Below, piece by piece: positions 54,811 to 62,855 of a stretch of DNA of 64,000 bases. Location of the stretch: positions 2,085-66,084 of the forward strand of contig CADBSO010000135.1 of the NCBI GenBank assembly GCA_902797395.1, read 5' to 3'. The notes under the pieces are model-generated. The model ran no database searches. It was not told the origin of the DNA and saw nothing but the letters and a program-made list of their open reading frames with translations. Within the stretch, counting starts at the first letter, position 1. Each line of letters starts with the position of its first letter. The position numbers and the translations under genes are program-made. This DNA comes from an uncultured Spirochaetales bacterium. Lineage in GTDB: Bacteria; Spirochaetota; Spirochaetia; Sphaerochaetales; Sphaerochaetaceae.

Positions 54811-54883
54811 TGGCGATGAAGGGCCACGATCCCCTGACCTGCCGGATATGAGCCGGATGCTCTACCAACTGAGCTACATCGCC
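54811..54883 (-). tRNA. tRNA-Met, elongator-like (anticodon CAU; an Ile2/lysidine identity is not excluded)
   Basis: The acceptor is GGCGATG/CATCGCC and the D arm is GCTC-AGTTGGTA-GAGC. The anticodon loop is CT-CAT-AT. The T arm is AGGGG-ATCGTGG-CCCTT, an unusual loop (see finding). G1-C72 pairing argues against an initiator. Confidence 0.75.
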
Positions 54884-54919
54884 TTACTAATTGCAGCGTG
54901 CGACGCTTGCAACTCTTTT

Positions 54920-54948
54920 ATAATACAAAAAACGCCATATAAATGCAA
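54920..54948 (-). promoter_or_regulatory. Promoter candidate for the tRNA-Met/tRNA-Val cluster
   Basis: The minus strand reads TTGCAT - 17 nt - TATTAT, with the -10 element about 37 nt upstream of the tRNA-Met 5' end. Confidence 0.4.
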
Positions 54949-55016
54949 ATATTTATCCGATGCTTTTCAAAAGCCCCTTCTTTTCGTGTTGCTCGATTGT
55001 TCAATCAGCGCCGACT

Positions 55017-55928
55017 CTAGTTCTGTTTTTCGAACAGCATCATTACCGATCCCAACCACGAAAATCCCAAGGTGCAATAAAACGACATTATCACCACAAG
55101 AACATGCATAGTGAATATCGTGCGTTTGAAATACATGAGATATCCCGCGCATATCAAACCCGATGTGACTACGAAAAACAAAAGCCGTATTAGCTTTTTC
55201 AGATTCCTGGCATGACACACGCATCCGATGAGCTTCCTTTCGAGGTGATCGCCAATAGTCACACATCCTATGGCAGTCAGAACATGGAACGCATTCGCGT
55301 TCAGGGCGAAAAACTCCACCCCGAACAGTCCCATTATCGCCCCTACAGCCCCAATCGCAGCAGTGAGTCCACCGGCAAGATAGCAATGTCTGTTGAAGAA
55401 AACCTGATAGCTCCTAATAAGCTGCAAAACAAAATATCCGACTGCAACGCCAACCGCAAAGCCAGCCAGGCAATCATGAGGATAGTGGCAGCCGAGAACC
55501 ATTCTGGATATCATCATCAGCGAATTCACGATCCAGAAAAAAGTCATGTAATACGAAAGGATGCTCCGATAGTATCCGAAAAAAACACTAACGGAGCAAG
55601 CAACGCTAACGCAATGGCCGGAGGGAAACGAATACCCTATCGCCGTCAACGAATCCCCATTCGCAATCCCGCCATGTCCGACAAAAGGCCGGGGTTCGCG
55701 AACCAACCCTTTCAAAAGGCTTTCAAAAGCGGCGGCGAACAGGAACGATATGATGAAATAATAGCCGGACCGCCTGTCAACACAAACATAGAAGAAAAGG
55801 ATGGATAACATGGCCGCGCCCAAAAGAGCATAGGACATGAAAAGCCAGAAACCCATCCACAACGGCCCGCCTATCAGATTCTGGAGAAAGCGGACGACTT
55901 GAGCGCTCAGCTCGAAAAATTCATTCAT
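55017..55928 (-). CDS. PAP2-family membrane phosphatase
   Basis: The three PAP2 motifs are KGLVREPRP, SFPSGH and SRMVLGCHYPHD. Additional TM helices are present. Confidence 0.8.
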   Translation of the reverse strand: MNEFFELSAQVVRFLQNLIGGPLWMGFWLFMSYALLGAAMLSILFFYVCVDRRSGYYFIISFLFAAAFESLLKGLVREPRPFVGHGGIANGDSLTAIGYSFPSGHCVSVACSVSVFFGYYRSILSYYMTFFWIVNSLMMISRMVLGCHYPHDCLAGFAVGVAVGYFVLQLIRSYQVFFNRHCYLAGGLTAAIGAVGAIMGLFGVEFFALNANAFHVLTAIGCVTIGDHLERKLIGCVCHARNLKKLIRLLFFVVTSGLICAGYLMYFKRTIFTMHVLVVIMSFYCTLGFSWLGSVMMLFEKQN

Positions 55929-55948
55929 ACCCGCCGAACCGAAGAAGA

Positions 55949-57277
55949 CTAAACTCTCTTGTATTCCGAATCCTTCGCGCTTATGTAGCTGCGTATCTCG
56001 GAAATTGCGATCCTCTCCTGTTTCATGCTATCCCTAAGGCGAACAGTAACGGTGTCATCCTTCATGGTATCGTAATCAACTGTTATGCAATACGGAGTTC
56101 CGATCTCATCTTGGCGCCTGTATCTTCTGCCGATCGCCACATTCTGGTCATAATCGGTCTTGAAGCTCGACCTGAGATCCTTCTCTATCAGCTTGGCCTT
56201 ATCTGCGATTCCATCCTTCTTCACAAGGGGAAGAACAGCGACCTTGATCGGAGCAATGCACGGATGGAACCTGAGAACCACCCTCTTGTCGCCATCAACA
56301 TCCTCCTCATCATACGCATCCGAAAGCACCATGAGAAGATTTCTGGTAAGTCCGGCGGATGTCTCGATTATATAAGGTATGAACCTTTCGCCGGTCTCCT
56401 GATCGAAATACTGAAGATCTTTTCCGGAAAATTTGGTATGCTGCGTCAAATCATAGTTCGTCCTGTTGTGAACGCCCTCAAGCTCCTGCCAGTCCATAGG
56501 GAACTTATATTGTATGTCATAAGCGTCCTTAGCATAGAAAGCAAGCTCATCCGGACCATGCTGGTGCCAGCGGAGATGATCCTCCCTTATTCCCATTTTG
56601 GAATAGTAGCTGATTCTCTTGCGCCTCCAATAGTCAAACCACTCCTCATCCGAACCCGGCTTGCAGAACCACTGCATCTCCATCTGCTCGAACTCGCAGC
56701 TTCTGAAAATGAAGTTCTTGGTGGTTATCTCGTTCCTGAACGATTTTCCGACCTGGGCGATGCCGAACGGAAGCTTCTCATGCATCGAATCCACAACATT
56801 CTTGAAGTTCACGTAAATGCCTTGGGCAGTCTCAGGTCTGAGATAGATCACCGAACTGTCATCATCAGCCGCAGTGGACCCGATATTGGTCTTGAACATC
56901 AGATTGAACTTCCTGACATCAGTGAACGTCCCCTTGTTTCCGCATGTAGGACAAGCCGCATTGAGATCTATCTGATCAGCTCTGAATCTGCTCTTGCAAA
57001 CCTTGCAATCCACAAGCGGATCGGTGAAGTTTGAAACATGGCCCGATGCTTCCCAAACCTTCTTATGCATGAGAATCGACGAATCCAGTCCGACGATGTT
57101 GTCATCGCCCCTCGTCATCTCATTCCACCAAAAATCCCTGATATTATTCTTCAGAAGCGATCCGAGCGGACCGTAATCGTATACTCCATTCAATCCGCCG
57201 TAGATCTCCGAGGACTGAAACACAAAACCCTTTCTCTTGCACAACGACACCAAAGTGTCCATCTTCAAATCTTCCAT
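55949..57277 (-). CDS. glyQS: Glycyl-tRNA synthetase (homodimeric alpha2 type)
   Basis: 442 aa. The N-terminus FQSSEIYGGLNGVYDYGPLG..., class-II motifs and a C-terminal anticodon-binding domain are typical of GlyQS. Confidence 0.9.
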   Translation of the reverse strand: MEDLKMDTLVSLCKRKGFVFQSSEIYGGLNGVYDYGPLGSLLKNNIRDFWWNEMTRGDDNIVGLDSSILMHKKVWEASGHVSNFTDPLVDCKVCKSRFRADQIDLNAACPTCGNKGTFTDVRKFNLMFKTNIGSTAADDDSSVIYLRPETAQGIYVNFKNVVDSMHEKLPFGIAQVGKSFRNEITTKNFIFRSCEFEQMEMQWFCKPGSDEEWFDYWRRKRISYYSKMGIREDHLRWHQHGPDELAFYAKDAYDIQYKFPMDWQELEGVHNRTNYDLTQHTKFSGKDLQYFDQETGERFIPYIIETSAGLTRNLLMVLSDAYDEEDVDGDKRVVLRFHPCIAPIKVAVLPLVKKDGIADKAKLIEKDLRSSFKTDYDQNVAIGRRYRRQDEIGTPYCITVDYDTMKDDTVTVRLRDSMKQERIAISEIRSYISAKDSEYKRV

Positions 57278-57356
57278 TTTGCCACCTTATCACAACATCA
57301 CAAATCGGATGCGATACATGCGATATATTTTAATTTGTTGCAAACATTAAAGCAAA

Positions 57357-58271
57357 TCAGACAGCCGCCCTCATCGGAGCTTCGTATCTGGCAATCACCT
57401 CCTGCGCCTGCCTGACAAACTCAGCAACCTGATTCGGATCGCTCATCTCCACAAGGCCTGCGCCAGTAGCGAAAGCGCTTTGCCATCTGTCGTATATCAG
57501 AGAACGCTGCGCAATGTCGACATACAAGGATTTTCTAACCCTGTTCTCAATCTTTCTGGAGCCGTCATAAGCACCGAAGGTCTTGAAATAATCAACGATT
57601 CCCTGTATCCTGCCATTCATGCCAGCCAACGATTCCTCATCAAGATAATCGTCAAAGAAGAGCATGAACAGAACCTTGTCGCCAATGCGCACGGTAAAGT
57701 CGGAAAGCCCCATCGCATTGCTGCAAGCAACCGCCCGACTGACATCGGAAAGCGGTATCTGCGTGGTATAGAAAGAATCAGTGCCGCCCTGCTGGGCATC
57801 ATCATCGAAATAAACTATAACGGCATCCTGTATTTCGCATCCTATGTCTCCGACTATGGAAGCGAACAGCTCGACCTTTTTCAAAAACATGGAAAAGGAA
57901 TCCGAATCCGGCATCTCGAAATCGAAAGTGAACGATGGCTCAAGCAGGCCGCTATAGCCTCCGATGTTCCCCTGCACTACATATTTTCCGATTCCGAGCG
58001 CCTTTGCCACATCATCGGCTTTTCTGATGAACCCGCCTATTCCATCGCCCCGATACATCTCCATGACTTCATCATACGTATGCGCCGCGGACACATGATA
58101 CGGCGCGATAACGGCTGATATTATCCTTGCGGCATGGGCATCAGCGACGGCACATGGCTCTTTTTGACTCTGCCTTGCGGAAACGCAAGCGATTTGCGAA
58201 AGCGAGAAAAGCGCAAGAAGAAGCGCAACGGCCAAACCTTTGAAAAAACGTCCTGACATGGTATGAAACAA
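57357..58271 (-). CDS. Secreted or lipoprotein-like protein, unknown function
   Basis: The signal peptide is GLAVALLLALFSLSQIAC. No family was recognised. Confidence 0.5.
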   Translation of the reverse strand: MFHTMSGRFFKGLAVALLLALFSLSQIACVSARQSQKEPCAVADAHAARIISAVIAPYHVSAAHTYDEVMEMYRGDGIGGFIRKADDVAKALGIGKYVVQGNIGGYSGLLEPSFTFDFEMPDSDSFSMFLKKVELFASIVGDIGCEIQDAVIVYFDDDAQQGGTDSFYTTQIPLSDVSRAVACSNAMGLSDFTVRIGDKVLFMLFFDDYLDEESLAGMNGRIQGIVDYFKTFGAYDGSRKIENRVRKSLYVDIAQRSLIYDRWQSAFATGAGLVEMSDPNQVAEFVRQAQEVIARYEAPMRAAV

Positions 58272-58290
58272 CCTCCTCGAAACACCGCCA

Positions 58291-58701
58291 TTACGGCTCC
58301 TGAGACGCGCGGCCTACGATCACAGGAAGCAACCTGTTTGACAAAAAACGCGAAACCAGGGCCGAAACAAGCATACCCATAGCGAGGCCAAGCATCGAAA
58401 ACAGCGCCTGAATTCCGCCCGAACAGCCGCAAAGCCGGCAAATAGCCATAGCTCCTCCCATGAAGAAAAGCGGCAGAACGAAAACAATCGCAACCGAAGC
58501 GATGGTCTTCGACGAAGCGAGTCTTATGCTGACGGAATCGTTTTGGGCGAAATCACAATCACAATCGCTTTGGGCCAAAAACGAAGTGTCCTTCTGCGTG
58601 CAGAAAAGTCGGGACTTGCATCCGGAGCACCCGTCGGAATCGCAGCCAAGCACATATGTTCCGTCAGAATTCCTCTTCATCACTTTAGCGTTCTTCATCA
58701 T
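58291..58701 (-). CDS. RseC/SoxR-reducing-system-like small membrane protein
   Basis: I chose the start at MMKNAKV (58701), 20 nt after the ABC gene stop. It has an N-terminal Cys cluster (CDSDGCSGCKSRLFC) followed by two TM helices. This architecture is typical of RseC-family proteins. Confidence 0.55.
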   Translation of the reverse strand: MMKNAKVMKRNSDGTYVLGCDSDGCSGCKSRLFCTQKDTSFLAQSDCDCDFAQNDSVSIRLASSKTIASVAIVFVLPLFFMGGAMAICRLCGCSGGIQALFSMLGLAMGMLVSALVSRFLSNRLLPVIVGRASQEP

Positions 58702-58720
58702 GACGCTTTTCCTCCAAGCC

Positions 58721-60637
58721 TCACGAAAGCTCCGCGCTTCCGGTGTAAAGCCGATAATATCTTCCCTTAAGGGCAAGAAGCTCCTCATGGGAACCCCTCT
58801 CAATGACTTTTCCATGCTCCAGAACCAGAATGACCGAAGCATCCCTTATCGTGGAAAGCCTGTGCGCTATGACAAATACGGTCCTGCCCTCCATTATCCT
58901 ATCCATAGCCCTGCCGACATATTTCTCGCTGGCGCTGTCAACCGAACTCGTAGCCTCATCCAAGATTAATATGGGAGGATCGGCTATAGCAGCTCTCGCT
59001 ATGTTGAGCAATTGCTTCTGACCTTCGGAAAGCTGGCTGTCAGTCCCCGAAATCATGGTATCATACCCATCCTTAAGGGCTTTTATGAAACTGTCGGCAT
59101 GCGCTATGCCGGCGGCAGTCCTGACATCCTCATCGCTCGCATTCAGATTGCCGTATCTTATGTTTTCGCTTATGGTGCCGGTGAAAAGATGCGTCTCCTG
59201 AAGAACAACGGCAATGGATTTGCGCAATTCATCCTTTCTGATATCCCTGATGTCTATTCCGTCTATTGTTATCTTTCCCGAACTCACATCATAGAATCTG
59301 CTTATAAGGCTTATTATCGTCGTCTTTCCCGCGCCAGTTGATCCGACCAATGCGATCTTCTGCCCCGGCTTGGCGTACAGGCTTATGCCGGAAAGGACAT
59401 CAGTCGCGCCATCGTATGAAAAGCTCACATCAAAGAAGCGGACATCACCCCTCAGCTCCACATATTGCGGATCCGCATCCTCGAAAACGCGTTTCCAATA
59501 CGGCGTCGAGCCTTCAAACCTCGAATCGCTTTCCCTGACCACATTTCCCGCATCGTCCTTGAGAACGTATCTGAGACATGTGTTTCCGCTATAATTCTCG
59601 GATTCCATATCAAGAAACCTGAAGATCCTCTCCGCTCCGGCAGCGCCCTGAACAAGGGAATTGAGCTGAATGGAAATCTGCGACATAGGTCCGGTGAACG
59701 ACCTCGTAAGCTGCAGGAACGTCACAAGCCCGCCTATTGTCAGGCCGAGCGCGCCCGTCGTCATGAAGATAACGCCAGCGGACACCAGAACCACATACAG
59801 AAGATTGCCTATGTTGGCAAGAAGCGGCATGAATATGTTTGCGAAGCCAACGGCCTTGCATGCCGATCTTCTGACATTCTCCACATACCCGGCGAAATCC
59901 CTTCTGCTTTCATCCTCGTGGGAAAACACTTTTACGATCTTCTGCGAATATATGCTCTCCTCAACGAATCCGTTGTATTTGCCATAGTATTCGAGGTTCT
60001 TGCGGTGCTGAACCTTGCTTCGCCTGGTTATAAAAGAGGCTACAGCGTATATGATGAAAACATAAGCGATGACGAAGCATGTGAGAATCATATCAGTCAT
60101 GCACATCACAATGAAAATCGAAATGACCGTGACCGCTACGGAAAGGAACTGCGGTATGCTTTGTGAAACCACCTCGACGATAGCATCGAGATCGTTCGTA
60201 TAAAGCCCCATTATCTCGCCATTGGAATGAGCATCGAAATACGATATTCCGAGGTTCTGCATATGAGCGAAAAGGGATTTGCGCAAATCCGTCAGGGTTC
60301 TTTGCGAGACTATCGCGCCGAGAAACGTAAGGCCCATCGCCGAAAGCGTGCCTGCGGCGAACATGGCCCCTATTCGCGTCACATATGCGATCACTCCCGA
60401 AAAATCAGGATTCACCTGTCCTATAAGCGGCGTCACATACTCGTCTATCAATGTTCCGATCGATCTGGCAAGGGATATGTCTATATACGCCGAAACCAGA
60501 ACGCTGGCGAACATGATCATGACCTTGAGCTTATGGTGTGAGAATATGTATCGGACAAGCTTGAAAAGCGTCTTGATGACATTCGCGCTTTCCGCTGCCG
60601 GAACATCATGTCCGCCCCTGACCGCACCCCGGCTCAT
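58721..60637 (-). CDS. ABC exporter, fused permease/ATPase (half-transporter B)
   Basis: A six-TM domain is followed by an NBD. Walker A is GSTGAGKTT, the signature is LSEGQKQ and Walker B is ILILDEATS. Confidence 0.9.
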   Translation of the reverse strand: MSRGAVRGGHDVPAAESANVIKTLFKLVRYIFSHHKLKVMIMFASVLVSAYIDISLARSIGTLIDEYVTPLIGQVNPDFSGVIAYVTRIGAMFAAGTLSAMGLTFLGAIVSQRTLTDLRKSLFAHMQNLGISYFDAHSNGEIMGLYTNDLDAIVEVVSQSIPQFLSVAVTVISIFIVMCMTDMILTCFVIAYVFIIYAVASFITRRSKVQHRKNLEYYGKYNGFVEESIYSQKIVKVFSHEDESRRDFAGYVENVRRSACKAVGFANIFMPLLANIGNLLYVVLVSAGVIFMTTGALGLTIGGLVTFLQLTRSFTGPMSQISIQLNSLVQGAAGAERIFRFLDMESENYSGNTCLRYVLKDDAGNVVRESDSRFEGSTPYWKRVFEDADPQYVELRGDVRFFDVSFSYDGATDVLSGISLYAKPGQKIALVGSTGAGKTTIISLISRFYDVSSGKITIDGIDIRDIRKDELRKSIAVVLQETHLFTGTISENIRYGNLNASDEDVRTAAGIAHADSFIKALKDGYDTMISGTDSQLSEGQKQLLNIARAAIADPPILILDEATSSVDSASEKYVGRAMDRIMEGRTVFVIAHRLSTIRDASVILVLEHGKVIERGSHEELLALKGRYYRLYTGSAELS

Positions 60638-62370
60638 CTCAGTCCCTCCACTTCATCCTTTTTCATCTGCGATTCATAAAGATCCCGATAGAATTCCGAA
60701 GCCTCAAGCAACTGGGAATGCGTGCCTGCATTCTCGATGCTGCCCTCACGCATCACGAAAATGCGATCGCAGTCCATGACGGAAAGCACCTTATGCGCTA
60801 TTATTATCTTGGTAAGCTCCGGCCTATCGTCCCGCAAGGAAGCGCGGAGCGCCTTGTCGGTCGCCGTATCGAGAGCCGACGACGAATCATCCATTATCAG
60901 TATCTTCGGATTCTTGAGAAGGGCGCGGGCAATGCAAAGCCTCTGGCGCTGTCCGCCGGAAAAGTTGCTTCCCTGCTGATATACCGGATGATCCAAACCA
61001 TCCGGGAAAGCGAGAACGAAATCAGCGGCTTGGGCAATGCGCAGCGCATCCCATATCTCCTTATCGCTCGCATCCGCATTTCCCCACATCAAAGATGACC
61101 GTATGGTTCCTGAAAACAGGTTGTTCTTCTGCAATACCACGCTCACGTTGTCGCGCAGAGCCTTCAAATCATAGCTTCTCACATCGGCATCACCGACCAT
61201 CACGCTGCCTGAAGTCACATCATACAATCTGGCAATCAGGTTGACAAGAGCGGTCTTACCGCTTCCCGTAGGTCCTATGATTCCGATTCTCTGACCCGAC
61301 GACACGCGAAAGCTTATGTCCCTGAGCACAAGCTTCCCGGATGCGCCCTCAAACGAGAAGTCCACATTCCTGAATTCTATGTCCCCGTTCGAGACTTCGC
61401 TGATCGGATCGGCGCAATTCGCGACATCCGGCACTTCGTCAAGCACTTCCCTGATTCTGCGATAGCATGCGCTGCACATCATCACTATTGATATGATCAT
61501 GGCGAACATCATCATCGAAAAAAGGATCTGGAAATTATATATGAAGAGGGCCATGAGATGACCAGTCTGCATCTGGCCATAGACTATGCGCTTCGATGCG
61601 AATAGCGCTATCACGACAAGGCACGATCCGGCTACGGCCCTCAAGGCCGGATTGGTCATGGCAAGCGTCTTTTCAGCCCCGACCAGCTTCTTATAAAGCG
61701 ATATGACGACCTTATCAAACTTGCTCTTTTCATGCTCCTCTCTGGCGAAAGACTTGACTACTTTCATTCCATGCAGATTCTCTTGCGTGGAAGCATTGAG
61801 CAGATCTATTTGATTGAACGCCTTTCTGAATCTGGGCATCGCTATTGCGGCGATTATCGCGAGAAATGCGATCAGAACAGGCAACGCAACGAGATACACC
61901 CTCGCAAGCTCCGAATTGATGCGCAAGGACATCACGAAAGCGGATATGAGCATTATCGGGAGCCTCACTCCTATTCTAATCACGTTCTGAAAAGCCATCT
62001 GAACGAAGAAAGCGTCCGTTGTCAGCCTCGTAACAAGACCGCCTTGAGAGAACTTATCTATGTTCTTGAATGAGAAAAGCTGGATCTTGTCGAAAACGGC
62101 AGTCCTGAGGTTTTTCGTGAAACCCGTTGCGGCCTTGGCGGATGTCAGTCCGGCCGAAACGCCAAAAGCAAGAGAAAAAACGGCGCATAATACCATAATA
62201 ACGGATTGCTGTCTTATATAAGGCAAATCACGACCGATTATGCCGCTATTGACGATGTTTCCCATAAGCGTAGGGATTATGACCTCAAGCGCTACCTCAA
62301 GTATGACAAGCACAGGGGTAATGAACGAAACGAACCTATACCCTTTTGTATATTTGAATAAGCTGAACAT
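60634..62370 (-). CDS. ABC exporter, fused permease/ATPase (half-transporter A)
   Basis: A TM domain is followed by an NBD. Walker A is GPTGSGKTA, the signature is FSGGQRQRL and Walker B is ILIMDDSSSALD. A 4-nt overlap with the downstream partner suggests a heterodimer. Confidence 0.9.
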   Translation of the reverse strand: MFSLFKYTKGYRFVSFITPVLVILEVALEVIIPTLMGNIVNSGIIGRDLPYIRQQSVIMVLCAVFSLAFGVSAGLTSAKAATGFTKNLRTAVFDKIQLFSFKNIDKFSQGGLVTRLTTDAFFVQMAFQNVIRIGVRLPIMLISAFVMSLRINSELARVYLVALPVLIAFLAIIAAIAMPRFRKAFNQIDLLNASTQENLHGMKVVKSFAREEHEKSKFDKVVISLYKKLVGAEKTLAMTNPALRAVAGSCLVVIALFASKRIVYGQMQTGHLMALFIYNFQILFSMMMFAMIISIVMMCSACYRRIREVLDEVPDVANCADPISEVSNGDIEFRNVDFSFEGASGKLVLRDISFRVSSGQRIGIIGPTGSGKTALVNLIARLYDVTSGSVMVGDADVRSYDLKALRDNVSVVLQKNNLFSGTIRSSLMWGNADASDKEIWDALRIAQAADFVLAFPDGLDHPVYQQGSNFSGGQRQRLCIARALLKNPKILIMDDSSSALDTATDKALRASLRDDRPELTKIIIAHKVLSVMDCDRIFVMREGSIENAGTHSQLLEASEFYRDLYESQMKKDEVEGLR

Positions 62371-62448
62371 TAGAACAAACTATGAAACCATAAAAAACTA
62401 TGGCTGAATAAATGACTGAACATTTACTCAGTCATATCCAGTCACCGA

Positions 62449-62603
62449 ATATGCGGCACATATGCGCGCTCTGAATCGCAAAGCCATTTGGATAGGCGCA
62501 AAGCCTTATCCTGCATTAGGCTTTCCGCCACAAAGCGTGCCTCTGCGCTGCCTCTCCGGCTCTGCGGCTCTGTCCTGTCAATCAACTTTTCGGACATAGC
62601 CTA
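62449..62603 (-). repeat. Repeat family Y, copy 2 (inverted relative to copy 1)
   Basis: Its reverse complement aligns with 17641-17795. It starts directly after the T-run of the tRNA-operon terminator. Confidence 0.85.
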
Positions 62604-62635
62604 AAAAAATGCGCAGGCACATCGAAAAGCCTGCG
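62603..62635 (-). terminator. Rho-independent terminator after the tRNA-Gln/tRNA-Glu pair
   Basis: The minus strand reads CGCAGGC-ttttcgatgt-GCCTGCG, then CA, then T7. Confidence 0.7.
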
Positions 62636-62651
62636 ACCTGAAAAACAACTT

Positions 62652-62723
62652 TACTCCCTAGGGGAGTCGAACCCCTGTTTAAAGACTGAGAATCTCTCGT
62701 CCTAACCACTAGACGAAGGGAGC
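62652..62723 (-). tRNA. tRNA-Glu (anticodon CUC)
   Basis: The 5' region GCTCCCTTCGTCTAGTGGTTAGGAC is a Glu-type D region. The anticodon stem AGAGA/TCTTT carries loop TT-CTC-AG. The T arm is AGGGG-TTCGACT-CCCCT. Position 1-72 is a G-U pair. Confidence 0.85.
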
Positions 62724-62728
62724 ATAAG

Positions 62729-62799
62729 CTGGGATGGAGGGATTCGAACCCCCAAAGGCAGAACCAGAATCTGCAGTGTTACCATTACACCACATCCCA
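62729..62799 (-). tRNA. tRNA-Gln (anticodon CUG)
   Basis: The acceptor is TGGGATG/CATCCCA (U1-A72) with discriminator G. The anticodon stem GCAGA/TCTGC carries loop TT-CTG-GT. The T arm is GGGGG-TTCGAAT-CCCTC. Confidence 0.85.
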
Positions 62800-62826
62800 A
62801 TGCTCATTCCTTACAGAACTCTATAC

Positions 62827-62854
62827 ATTATACGCATTTCAAAAAAATAATCAA
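62827..62854 (-). promoter_or_regulatory. Promoter candidate for the tRNA-Gln/tRNA-Glu operon
   Basis: The minus strand reads TTGATT - 16 nt - TATAAT, with the -10 element about 28 nt upstream of the tRNA-Gln 5' end. Confidence 0.45.
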
Positions 62855-62855
62855 A

